This document shows positions 24,064-31,987 of a stretch of 31,987 bases of DNA, piece after piece. The stretch lies in IMG/VR virus record IMGVR_UViG_3300045988_053677, positions 1-31,987 of that record. One strand, 5' to 3'. The notes under the pieces are model-generated. The model had not been told where the DNA came from. It worked only from the letters and a program-made list of their open reading frames with translations, and did no database searches. The position numbers were made by a program, and so were the translations under genes. Source of the DNA: a virus. Positions within the stretch are counted from its first letter, which is position 1. Each line of letters opens with the position of its first letter.

Positions 24064-24476
24064 TGCGTGATATCAAATTTAGAATCTGGGACGGAGCTAA
24101 AAATGAATGGCTTGCCTCGAGCGACAAGGACGCTTTGCCATATTATGGCTTTGCCTTCGTCGGTGAAGTTATGACTGTCCAGTCACCACCAATTTGGTCA
24201 CTTGATGAAGGTAATGTTGTTGAGCAATTCACAGGACTAAAAGACATTAATGGTACAGAGATTTACGAGGGTGATATCTGCTCTTTCACTAGCAAAACTG
24301 GTAAACATGTGGGCACAGTAGAGTGGACAGATGATTTAGCTGGTTTCGGATTACGAATGGTCAAAAATAACTTCTTATATACTTTTTCCGAGCTAGATAC
24401 TATGGGGGTTAATCTTGATACGTTGGAAGTTGTCGGTAATATTCACGAAAACCCCGAGTTGTTAGAGGATAAATGA
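24063..24476 (+). CDS. YopX-family protein
   Basis: MRDIKFRIWD...EQFTGLKDINGTEIYEGDI...VVGNIHENPELL is the classic YopX pattern. ATG 24063 follows AAGGAAA. Confidence 0.8.
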   Translation: MRDIKFRIWDGAKNEWLASSDKDALPYYGFAFVGEVMTVQSPPIWSLDEGNVVEQFTGLKDINGTEIYEGDICSFTSKTGKHVGTVEWTDDLAGFGLRMVKNNFLYTFSELDTMGVNLDTLEVVGNIHENPELLEDK

Positions 24477-24662
24477 AAATCTATAACGTAGAGAGTAAAA
24501 ATAAGTCTGTTGAATAATTTTCTGGTATAATTGAATTACGGGCTAAGCTGTTTGATTGTCGGCTTACATAATCCTATAAAAAACTACTACTTTTGATCGA
24601 GGGTAGTTTTTTTATTTTGCCAAAAAATCCTAAAAGGCGGATTACTTGTTTACCTCTATTTA

Positions 24663-24671
24663 TGCTATAAT
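24663..24671 (+). promoter_or_regulatory. Extended -10 promoter (TGCTATAAT) ahead of the packaging/head operon
   Basis: TG is at 24663-24664 and TATAAT at 24666-24671, in a 275-nt intergenic gap. No good -35 element. Confidence 0.6.
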
Positions 24672-24751
24672 ATAAGTACAGTATGTGAGTTGAAAGAACG
24701 CAACTCTGAAGTAAAACGTTCTTATGTATTTTTAAAATGAGGTGGATATAA

Positions 24752-25159
24752 ATGGATAAAAAACCAAGAAAGCTAAATCCAAGGCAAGAAAGATTCTGTC
24801 AACTATATGCGAGCGATAGAGAATTTTTTGGCAATGGCGTGCAAAGTTATATTGAAGCCTACCAGCCCGATCAGTCAAAGCCTAATTGGTATAATGCTGC
24901 CAAGACGAGAGCTTCTGAACTCCTGACTAGTCGTAACGTTTTAAGGAGGATAGACGAGCTATTTGAGGCTGGTGGATTGAATGACCAGTTTGTTGATAAA
25001 CAGATGGAGAAGCTTATCACACAGGACGCTGATTTCAAAGCTAAGATGTCAGCAATTAAAGAATACAACAAGCTCAAACAGCGAATAACCGAAAAGAAGG
25101 AAGTCCATGTCAAACTTCCTAAACCAATCCTTGGTGATTTGGTGGAGGGCGAACAATAA
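24752..25159 (+). CDS. terS: Terminase small subunit
   Basis: KLNPRQERFCQLYA....YIEAY...AKTRASELLTSRNVLRRIDEL matches the Terminase_2-type N-terminal HTH. Lies directly upstream of terL. Confidence 0.8.
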   Translation: MDKKPRKLNPRQERFCQLYASDREFFGNGVQSYIEAYQPDQSKPNWYNAAKTRASELLTSRNVLRRIDELFEAGGLNDQFVDKQMEKLITQDADFKAKMSAIKEYNKLKQRITEKKEVHVKLPKPILGDLVEGEQ

Positions 25160-25160
25160 T

Positions 25161-26336
25161 ATGTTCGTCTTGACCAGTTCAACAAAAAAGCTGGCTAAGA
25201 TGACAAAACGTATCCGTGGCGTATGTGGTGGAACATCGGCCGGCAAGACTATATCTATTCTTCAAATACTTATCAGTAAGGCTCAGAAAGACAAGCGACC
25301 GACTTTAACAAGTGTTGTGTCTGAATCATTTCCACACCTTAAAAGAGGTGCTATGCGTGATTTTAAGAATATTATGCAGGAACACGGCTATTGGAAAGAA
25401 TCAGCTTGGAACGCTACAGACTCTATTTATACATTTGAAACAGGCTCTAAGATAGAGTTTTTCAGTGCCGACCAGCCTAGTAAAGTGCGTGGTCCACGTC
25501 GCGACCGATTATTTATAAACGAGTGTAACAACGTAGCTTATGAATCGTTTGACCAATTAGCAGTGCGTACTAGATTAGAGATTTGGCTAGACTGGAACCC
25601 AACGAACGAGTTTTGGTTCTATGACTTATTAAATACACGCGATGATGTCGAGATGATTACAGTTACTTATAAAGATAATGAAGGTCTGCCTGAAACAATC
25701 GTAAAAGACATCGAGGCTCACAAATCAAACAAAAACTGGTGGACTGTTTACGGATTAGGTCAACTAGGAGAGGTTGAAGGCAGGATCTACAAAGGCTGGA
25801 AGATTATAGACGAAATACCTCACGAAGCCCGCTTAGAGGGTTATGGATTGGATTTTGGATATTCAAACGACCCTACAGCAGTAGTCGCAGTCTACTATTA
25901 CAACGGCGGATATGTCTTAGATGAAATACTTTACAGAAAAGGTATGAGCAATCAACAAATCGCCTCATTTATGAATAACTTAGATTTTGGTGTGATTGTA
26001 GCAGACTCAGCGGAGCCGAAGTCTATCGATGAACTGCAGATGTACGGATTGTCTGTTGTCGCAGCGAAAAAAGGCAGTGGCTCTATTTTGCAAGGGATTG
26101 GCTATGTGCAAGAGCAGAGTATCTCAATGACCAAGCGAAGTGTTAATTTAATTAAAGAATACAGAAATTATCTCTGGCAGACAGACAAAGACGGCAAGAC
26201 CATAAACATACCAGAGGGTGGATTCGATCACGCACTAGACGCTGTGAGGTATAAGCTATCAAGCATATTAAAACCTAAGTATGAAATAAGACCAACCGTT
26301 CAGTCTTCAGGGGAGTTATCTGCATTATGGAGCTAA
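25161..26336 (+). CDS. terL: Terminase large subunit (PBSX/Terminase_3-like)
   Basis: Walker A is GGTSAGKT. The ATPase and nuclease halves have conserved acidic residues (LFINE, VADSAEP, FDHALDAVRY). The start could alternatively be 25107. Confidence 0.85.
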   Translation: MFVLTSSTKKLAKMTKRIRGVCGGTSAGKTISILQILISKAQKDKRPTLTSVVSESFPHLKRGAMRDFKNIMQEHGYWKESAWNATDSIYTFETGSKIEFFSADQPSKVRGPRRDRLFINECNNVAYESFDQLAVRTRLEIWLDWNPTNEFWFYDLLNTRDDVEMITVTYKDNEGLPETIVKDIEAHKSNKNWWTVYGLGQLGEVEGRIYKGWKIIDEIPHEARLEGYGLDFGYSNDPTAVVAVYYYNGGYVLDEILYRKGMSNQQIASFMNNLDFGVIVADSAEPKSIDELQMYGLSVVAAKKGSGSILQGIGYVQEQSISMTKRSVNLIKEYRNYLWQTDKDGKTINIPEGGFDHALDAVRYKLSSILKPKYEIRPTVQSSGELSALWS

Positions 26337-26614
26337 GATTCGGTGAGGTAAGAAATAAATACACTATGGAGGGTGTGGAAGTGGAAGAAGTTCGAAAAAT
26401 AAGAGATTATATGACGGCTCAGAGTATTAGGTCGTTTACAATCTCATCGAAAGTATCAACCTTTACAGAAGTCAGGCAAGAGTTTGAGGACTTAATAAAA
26501 CAAGCAGAAAATGGGGAATGTTTAGACATATCCTTAAACGTCAGAATAGACAAGAAAACAGGATTGCCTCAGATGGTTAAAAAGACTATTTTAGATAAAA
26601 ACTCACGACTATAG
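26327..26614 (+). CDS. Hypothetical protein (95 aa)
   Basis: ORF overlapping the terL stop. No motif recognised. Confidence 0.45.
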   Translation: MELRFGEVRNKYTMEGVEVEEVRKIRDYMTAQSIRSFTISSKVSTFTEVRQEFEDLIKQAENGECLDISLNVRIDKKTGLPQMVKKTILDKNSRL

Positions 26615-26640
26615 ACGTTTTTATTCAAATGTGATATTAT
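26612..26640 (+). promoter_or_regulatory. Candidate promoter: TAGACG-17 nt-TATTAT with TGTG at -16
   Basis: Read directly in the 100-nt gap before the portal gene. Confidence 0.4.
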
Positions 26641-26715
26641 AGACATGTAACAAGCTACTGGGAAATGCCCAGCGTGATGATTACGTAACAGTAATTTTTA
26701 CGTTGGGGGAAACCA

Positions 26716-28356
26716 GTGGCTTTTTCTTTTATAGATGAATCTAACATCGGCGATGCTTACTATGAGAGTAAGCAGAAGTACCAGGCAGTTTTATCTGGTA
26801 TTGACGAGCTTGAGCGTATTGCTCTAAACAAACCTAAGCCAAACATACCGGCTGGCTTACCTAATGTTACAGACGGAACTACAGCTAGTTATATTCAATC
26901 TCGCCCTAAGAGCGTTATTCAGCAGCTACCAACTGGATTAGTTACTAGTCTAGATAAAGACAAAGATTTAGCAAATATCGCTAATTTAGTCTTAACTGAA
27001 GAAATCTTACTAAATGCCAACACGACGGGCAGTGTTATTCAAAAGTCATGGGGAGCCTTAAGCAAAGCTATGACTTACGGCTCACAGCCTGCTTATTGTT
27101 TTTATACACAACATGGAAATTATTTTGGAGCAGACTTCAAACTACCTTATATCAAAGACGTTATTTTAGAGGCTGGAAAAGTATATGACAAAGACTGTAA
27201 CGTTATTTTCTTAAGGGCTTGGTATCAACCGAGCGATATCAAATATCTAATTCATCGAGAAAAACAATTAAGTAAACAGGGTATAAAGAGTGGTTGGAGA
27301 TTAGATAAACTTACTCAACTAGAGGCAAAGGAAAAATCAGACGAAAGCAAATCGCCAGCTGAGCGAGAAAAGAACCTTGAAGTTGGTGGTATAGAGATTA
27401 TTTTCGCATTTCAGAATGGCGTAGGAGCTACTTTTTACGGATATAGCCCAGAGATTAGCGAAGTAGTCTATTCAACTATAAATCCAGACCCACGAGGCAT
27501 TATCCCAATTCATTTTATATATCACGATATGGATATGTCTAATCCAATCGGCCGTGGTGCAGTCGAGCTTGTAGCAGGACTTCAAAACATGCTTGATTCA
27601 GAAATGCAGATGTATCAATACGCACAAGCCCTAAGCCTTAACCCACCACTAATTAAGCGAGGTTCATTTGATACTTCAACTATACGATTCAAAGTAAACG
27701 CAATATGGGATTTGGGAGCAGATCAAAACGCAAGCATCTCACCTGCTAATATTTCAACTAATGGAATAACTAACTTCTCAAATAATTACGGTTTAATTAA
27801 AAGTCAAATATTAAACTTGAACAACTCAAACGATACAAGTGTTTCTGCTGAAGTCGGAAATCCTGGATTCTCAAAGACAGATAGCGGAGTGAAGGCGCAA
27901 CAGGAGCGTGTTGGTGTTAGTGATAACCATCTTCGTAAACAATTCGAAGGCTGGTTTGGTGATGTCTGTGAGACTATGCTTAATATTCATTTTGCTTTGT
28001 CTGAGGGTAAAAAAGATATTGACCTCACCCAGGAATATATTAAGCGCCGACAACTTGAAGAACCTAATTTTAACAAAAGTATAGCTACTGTCGACTATAA
28101 CAAGAAGCTAAAAGGGTTCAAGTTCAAAGTTGACGCTTCTACCTCAAAGCTTAAAGATGACGAGCAATCTATGGAGAATCTAAAGGGAATCTTAGAGTTG
28201 GCTCAGTCTGACCCTGAGTTAGGACAGATTATCCGCAAAGACCAATTATTGAAGCGAATGATTAACAAATCGGGTGTTGACGACCCTGAAGAGTTGGTTA
28301 TTGACCTAGACCAAAACAATAACGGCATAGCCGACAGTGAGGAACAGTATGAATAA
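26716..28356 (+). CDS. Portal protein
   Basis: 546 aa, immediately after the terminase genes and before the scaffold and capsid genes. GTG start follows GGGGGA. Assigned by size and synteny rather than motif. Confidence 0.65.
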   Translation: MAFSFIDESNIGDAYYESKQKYQAVLSGIDELERIALNKPKPNIPAGLPNVTDGTTASYIQSRPKSVIQQLPTGLVTSLDKDKDLANIANLVLTEEILLNANTTGSVIQKSWGALSKAMTYGSQPAYCFYTQHGNYFGADFKLPYIKDVILEAGKVYDKDCNVIFLRAWYQPSDIKYLIHREKQLSKQGIKSGWRLDKLTQLEAKEKSDESKSPAEREKNLEVGGIEIIFAFQNGVGATFYGYSPEISEVVYSTINPDPRGIIPIHFIYHDMDMSNPIGRGAVELVAGLQNMLDSEMQMYQYAQALSLNPPLIKRGSFDTSTIRFKVNAIWDLGADQNASISPANISTNGITNFSNNYGLIKSQILNLNNSNDTSVSAEVGNPGFSKTDSGVKAQQERVGVSDNHLRKQFEGWFGDVCETMLNIHFALSEGKKDIDLTQEYIKRRQLEEPNFNKSIATVDYNKKLKGFKFKVDASTSKLKDDEQSMENLKGILELAQSDPELGQIIRKDQLLKRMINKSGVDDPEELVIDLDQNNNGIADSEEQYE

Positions 28357-28651
28357 CGATTTGATCCCAAACAGTGGGTTTTCTTTGGATATCCCAGAAG
28401 AGCGGAAGACTAAAGAAAGCAAGGAGAGGATTGCGGCTAAAGAAGAGATTAGCCTGCTAAAAACTCTACTCAACGGAATTGATGAAAAGATCCAACTAGC
28501 CCAAAACATCAATCAATTAACAATGAATCCTGAGACTTCTGAAAAATCCCTAAAAGTACAGATATTAGCTGCTAGGTGGCGCGTGAATGACCTTATAGAA
28601 CTTAAGTCGTGGATAAAAGCCCAGACAGACAAGGTGCAAGAAAATGACTGA
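28349..28651 (+). CDS. Hypothetical head-associated protein (100 aa, coiled-coil)
   Basis: ATG 28349 overlaps the portal stop (ATGAATAA). GAGGA lies upstream. Confidence 0.5.
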   Translation: MNNDLIPNSGFSLDIPEERKTKESKERIAAKEEISLLKTLLNGIDEKIQLAQNINQLTMNPETSEKSLKVQILAARWRVNDLIELKSWIKAQTDKVQEND

Positions 28652-28832
28652 GGACGTTAGAGACAAGCTGGAACAGCCGCTAGAAACTGAATCACTACTT
28701 GCTAGTCACGAATTCAGACAGGAGGGCAGGGTTTTGATTTGCGTTGACGACCCAAGCTTAACAGCAGTACTACCGCTGGGTGTTTATTTGGTTGGTGAGA
28801 AAGGAGCGTATCGACTAGAGAAGTTATTCTAG
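28644..28832 (+). CDS. Hypothetical protein (62 aa)
   Basis: ATG overlaps the previous stop. No motif recognised. Confidence 0.4.
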   Translation: MTEDVRDKLEQPLETESLLASHEFRQEGRVLICVDDPSLTAVLPLGVYLVGEKGAYRLEKLF

Positions 28833-28956
28833 GCGGGTTGTTACCTGTAGAGATAAGACCTTAGTAGTATCTCCGCAGGTAAGAGCTCATCTCCTTGAAC
28901 TCTCGTCATCATACCGACGCAAAAGGGTGCAAATAACTAAATAAAGGAGCAAAAAC

Positions 28957-29787
28957 GTGGAAAATACCACTACAGACGCAAACACAAGCCAGAGTGCGGC
29001 AGATGTGTCGTCAACATCACAAAACTCAACCGATAACACTGATGAAAAATCGCTAACAGACGGCTTCTGGGGCGATGAGGATTCAGGCGAACAGTCGGAG
29101 GGCGAGTCCAAAACAGACGAGACCCAAGAAATAGAAACTGAGGATAAATCTGAAGATAAATCCGAAGAAAAGCCGGAATTTCCGAAAGCAGAAAAGCGCA
29201 AAGCTCAACTGAATGACGAAATTAGAGGGTTGGTGTCCCGACGGGAAGAGCTAAAGCGAGAAGTAGCTGAATACGAAGGTATCAAACAGTTACAAAGCTC
29301 AATTAGTGAAAGCCGAATAACACCAGAACAACTAGAAGCTGCAGGATTAGATCCACAAGACGCTGCTATCCAAGCCCTTCTATACAATCAGGAGCTTGAC
29401 CAACAGCAGTCGCAGGTAAACGAAATATCGGCAAATATTGCTGACCTTCAGTACAATATGTCGCTCGATAGAGTAGAACTGCTTAAAGACTATCCTGTAT
29501 TCGATGAAACTTCACCTGAATACAATGCAGACTTCACAAAAAAAGCAGCTGACATGTACGTAAGTGCAGCAAATCTGCAATTTAACGAAGAGGGCGCGCC
29601 AATCTCAGCGGATAAAAAGCTCTATGAGTTTATGACAGACTTGTATGGCATTTACGAAGAAGGTCTGAAAGCTGGCGGTAAGAAGATATCTAGGGCAAAG
29701 CAATCTGCGGCAGTAATGAACGCAGGCGGAATCTCTGTATCAGGAGAAGTAGACGAAAAGCAATTTGTAAACGGGTTCTTCAATTAA
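28957..29787 (+). CDS. Scaffolding protein
   Basis: Very acidic, low-complexity N-terminus with D/E/S/T repeats (EDKSEDKSEEKPE), then a helical coiled-coil region. Lies directly upstream of the capsid gene. GTG start follows AAAGGAG. Confidence 0.65.
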   Translation: MENTTTDANTSQSAADVSSTSQNSTDNTDEKSLTDGFWGDEDSGEQSEGESKTDETQEIETEDKSEDKSEEKPEFPKAEKRKAQLNDEIRGLVSRREELKREVAEYEGIKQLQSSISESRITPEQLEAAGLDPQDAAIQALLYNQELDQQQSQVNEISANIADLQYNMSLDRVELLKDYPVFDETSPEYNADFTKKAADMYVSAANLQFNEEGAPISADKKLYEFMTDLYGIYEEGLKAGGKKISRAKQSAAVMNAGGISVSGEVDEKQFVNGFFN

Positions 29788-29827
29788 ATCCTTCAATCTA
29801 AAAAATTAACTATAGGAGAAAAATAAA

Positions 29828-30682
29828 ATGGCTATTAATTTGCCACAGGCATACTCAAAAATCCTTGACAAGGGATATACACTTAAATCATTAACAGCAC
29901 CTGCCTTTAAGGGTAAATATGAAGTTGTTGGTGGTACTACTAAATCATTTAAGGTGTACAGCACAGACGCAGCTGCTCTGTATGACTATTCTGCAAATAA
30001 GAATGCTAGCGGTCAGGGTGTTGGCTCATTCGGCTACAAGTATTCAGCAGCTGGTAATAAAGAGCAAGTTATTACGGCTTCTCAGGACAAAGCCTTCTCA
30101 CAGCAAATCGATAAGGCTGACGCTAAGTTCTCACGCGATGGCTCACTCGACGCTAAAGAAGTTATGCGTGTAACTCTAGAAGAGTCTATTTACCCAACAA
30201 TGGATAAATACAACATTGACGCATTAGCAAAAGCAGCTGAAACTACAGCAGTTAAGACTTTGACTATTACTAAGGCAAATGCTTATGAAACATTTATGGC
30301 TATGACTACTGCTCAAACAAACGCTAAAGTACCTCACAAGGGTCGTGTTGCGTTCGTAGCCGCAAGTGCATACTCATTACTAAAACAAGACGGTAGCTTC
30401 ACACCAGCTAGCGAAATGACCGCTAAGAGTCGCCGTGATGGTAACTATGGTGAAATTGACGGCTGTATGATTATCGAAGTTCCAGATGACTACATGCCAA
30501 CTAAGACGACTATCGTTTTGACTCACGAAGACGCAGCAGCAGCTCCAAAATACTTGTCTGAGTACAAGCAGGGTGAATTTGGTCCAGAGGCTAGCGGTTA
30601 CTATGTAGCTGGTCGCGTTGTATACGAAGCATTCGTATTCAACAAGAAAAAGGGTGCTATTCAAGTTCTGAAGAATGCCTAG
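29828..30682 (+). CDS. Major capsid protein
   Basis: Follows the scaffold gene. Strong SD (TAGGAGAA), A/T/G/S/K-rich composition, and followed by a GC-rich terminator hairpin. Assigned by synteny. Confidence 0.7.
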   Translation: MAINLPQAYSKILDKGYTLKSLTAPAFKGKYEVVGGTTKSFKVYSTDAAALYDYSANKNASGQGVGSFGYKYSAAGNKEQVITASQDKAFSQQIDKADAKFSRDGSLDAKEVMRVTLEESIYPTMDKYNIDALAKAAETTAVKTLTITKANAYETFMAMTTAQTNAKVPHKGRVAFVAASAYSLLKQDGSFTPASEMTAKSRRDGNYGEIDGCMIIEVPDDYMPTKTTIVLTHEDAAAAPKYLSEYKQGEFGPEASGYYVAGRVVYEAFVFNKKKGAIQVLKNA

Positions 30683-30688
30683 CAATTT

Positions 30689-30724
30689 GGGGCGGGGAAA
30701 CTCGCCCCTTCTCCGCGTTTTGCC
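30689..30724 (+). terminator. Terminator hairpin after the capsid gene
   Basis: GGGGCG (30689-30694) / CGCCCC (30703-30708), followed by TTCTCCGCGTTTTG. A second hairpin, CCTCTC/GAGAGG, lies at 30723-30744. Confidence 0.6.
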
Positions 30725-30802
30725 TCTCCGCGATAAATGAGAGGTCGAAGATTAACAATTTGGAGAGAGACTTGGTAGAGTGTGTTATGGATCGCTCTAT
30801 GG

Positions 30803-30811
30803 TGCTATAAT
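30803..30811 (+). promoter_or_regulatory. Extended -10 promoter (TGCTATAAT) for the secreted-protein cluster
   Basis: The nonamer is identical to the one at 24663-24671. It lies between the capsid terminator and ATG 30847. Confidence 0.6.
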
Positions 30812-30846
30812 GATGGCAAATCATTTAATCTTGTGGGAGAAGATAG

Positions 30847-31302
30847 ATGAACAAAGCCCAAAAAATCATTGCTGGTATAGCAGGTGCTGGTATATTATCT
30901 GCACTCGTTGCAACAGCACAACCTAGCACTCAACAAAGTGACATACAGCCAGTAGTACAACCTGTAACATATTCAGACTGTAGAACGGAAGAAATACCGT
31001 TTGAAACGCAGTATGAGGGTGAGACGGGTCAATATGGCTACACTGAAACGATAAAGCAACAGGGCGTCGTTGGCGTCAGGAAAATCTGTAAGCCAAATAA
31101 GCCTGGTCACACAGATAAGGTAGATGTGATTACTCGACCAGTGACTCATATCATTGTCCGTACACCAAAACCAGCACCGCAGCCAGTACAGCAGCAACAC
31201 TATCGTGTTGGAGCAATATGTCGTGACGGTTGGCGATCATACGCTACTGGTAGAGGAGCTTGCTCACACCACGGTGGAGTATCGGAGTGGTTGTATGAGT
31301 GA
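30847..31302 (+). CDS. Secreted/anchored protein with G5-like domain and C-terminal DUF3761 domain
   Basis: N-terminal signal or TM segment IIAGIAGAGILSALVATA. EEIPFETQYE...QQGVVGVRKI is G5-like. CRDGWRSYATGRGACSHHGGVSEWL matches the DUF3761 signature (C.DG..S....G.CShHGGV..W). Confidence 0.7.
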   Translation: MNKAQKIIAGIAGAGILSALVATAQPSTQQSDIQPVVQPVTYSDCRTEEIPFETQYEGETGQYGYTETIKQQGVVGVRKICKPNKPGHTDKVDVITRPVTHIIVRTPKPAPQPVQQQHYRVGAICRDGWRSYATGRGACSHHGGVSEWLYE

Positions 31303-31585
31303 AAAATCAGAAACTAAGCTTGTGCTAGTCATCATATTAATTATGGTGATTATCTCAGTTGCTCTTGTATTTGATATGAAAAGGCAGGATGAGATAAGAA
31401 AGCTGGAAAATAAATCGTTCACAAACTTGAGCAATGGATTGGCAGACTTTAGCAGTGCTTGGTACAGACTTACTGATGAAGCTAAAGCTACATATCCTTG
31501 CGAAGAATTGTCGATGGAAGAGAATAAGAAGGATTGCAAAGAGTTTAGGGGATTTGCTATAGAAAGAATACGCAAAGGTAAATAG
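31295..31585 (+). CDS. Small single-pass membrane protein (96 aa)
   Basis: ATG 31295 overlaps the previous stop (ATGAGTGA). The TM segment is LVLVIILIMVIISVALVF. The ORF-track start at 31154 would overlap the previous gene by ~150 nt. Confidence 0.55.
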   Translation: MSEKSETKLVLVIILIMVIISVALVFDMKRQDEIRKLENKSFTNLSNGLADFSSAWYRLTDEAKATYPCEELSMEENKKDCKEFRGFAIERIRKGK

Positions 31586-31587
31586 AC

Positions 31588-31616
31588 TTGACAAACTACC
31601 TCTGTTGTGCTAGTGT
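31588..31616 (+). promoter_or_regulatory. Promoter TTGACA-17 nt-TAGTGT with TG at -15/-14
   Basis: Perfect -35 at 31588-31593. The spacer ends in TGC. TAGTGT is at 31611-31616, 6 nt before ATG 31623, which implies a very short leader. Confidence 0.55.
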
Positions 31617-31622
31617 GTAAAC

Positions 31623-31987
31623 ATGAAAAAGGTCATAGTCATCACTGTTGTTCTGGCGCTTGTAGTGGGCGTTGGCGGTGGAGTATGGCTAAAGACCCGT
31701 CTGGATGCTCAGGCAGCTGCTGGAGTGGCTCAGGAACAGAAACAGGAGCAACCAAAGAGCAAGTATGATGTTGGCCCAGCAGATCCTACTGAGTTATTAG
31801 AGCTAGTTAACGCTGAACGCCAGCGTGTAGGCGTGGCGCCGTTGGTGATGGATGAAAGGCTAAACGCCAGCGCGCAAGAAAAAGCAGATGACATGGTGAA
31901 CCGTAATTATCGAGATCATGTATCACCCGAGGGAATACATGGGTATGAGTTGGTATTCAAACATACAGGCGGGGAATGTAGACATGC
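31623..31987 (+). CDS. CAP/SCP (YkwD-like) secreted protein, N-terminal part; continues at nt 56 (window start) to the stop at 225-227
   Basis: N-terminal signal or TM segment VIVITVVLALVVGVGGGVWL, then LLELVNAERQRVGVAPLVMDERLNASAQEKADDM, typical of the CAP domain. The frame is continuous across the junction. Confidence 0.8.
   Translation, partial: MKKVIVITVVLALVVGVGGGVWLKTRLDAQAAAGVAQEQKQEQPKSKYDVGPADPTELLELVNAERQRVGVAPLVMDERLNASAQEKADDMVNRNYRDHVSPEGIHGYELVFKHTGGECRH

Noticed and set aside
24578-24617. Terminator after the YopX gene (AAACTAC ... GTAGTTT + T-run)
   Set aside because: The stem is AT-rich with only 7 bp and a 15-nt loop. It is plausible because of the long T tract but too weak to annotate confidently.
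25107-25160. Upstream start for terL giving a 53-nt overlap with terS
   Set aside because: ATG 25161 sits 1 nt after the terS stop. The extra 18 residues (MSNFLNQSLVIWWRANNN) would be read from within terS in another frame. The shorter model is preferred, but the start remains uncertain.
31154-31294. N-terminal 47 residues of the 143-aa ORF-track entry
   Set aside because: This stretch overlaps the well-supported G5/DUF3761 gene in another frame. The ATG at 31295 overlaps that gene's stop (ATGAGTGA) and begins directly before the TM helix.

Overview
The window is a complete, closed tailed-phage genome. Its first 55 nt are identical to its last 55 nt (unit length 31,932 bp), and one gene reads through that join. 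All convincing genes but one are on the + strand, and coding density is high. Reading clockwise, the modules are as follows. (1) Virion and lysis genes, 278-13669: a 402-aa Gly/coiled-coil protein, a 2,316-aa polyvalent protein with an ADP-ribosyltransferase-like and an HExxH metallopeptidase-like domain, two putative tail proteins, an Amidase_5-type endolysin flanked by two membrane proteins, and a receptor-binding-type protein. (2) A lone minus-strand H-type-lectin ORF. (3) A replication/recombinase block, 14049-17458: strong promoter, HTH replication initiator with internal 24-bp iterons, DnaB-like helicase, Xer-like tyrosine recombinase and a truncated tRNA-Thr. This block is bracketed by a 26-bp inverted repeat. 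(4) An early module: a membrane anchor plus lytic transglycosylase split by a frameshift, Erf, YqaJ exonuclease, an SSB-like protein, NinG, a Dam-type methyltransferase and YopX. (5) Packaging and head genes: terS, terL, portal, scaffold, capsid. (6) A promoter/terminator-bounded trio of secreted or membrane proteins (G5+DUF3761, a TM protein, a CAP/SCP protein) between the capsid and the virion genes. The endolysin and holin families, G5/DUF3761 domains and TG-extended -10 promoters point to a Gram-positive (Lactobacillales-like) host. The absence of tail tube, sheath or tape-measure chaperone genes suggests a short-tailed virion; both points are inference. The most unusual items are these four: an ORF-free, GC-enriched ~480-nt element (22915-23391) closed by a perfect 16-bp stem, which is a candidate large structured RNA; the giant polyvalent effector protein; the 26-bp inverted repeats around the replication/recombinase block; and a 5'-half tRNA fragment next to the recombinase. 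All product calls come from motif recognition by eye and memory. No database search was run.
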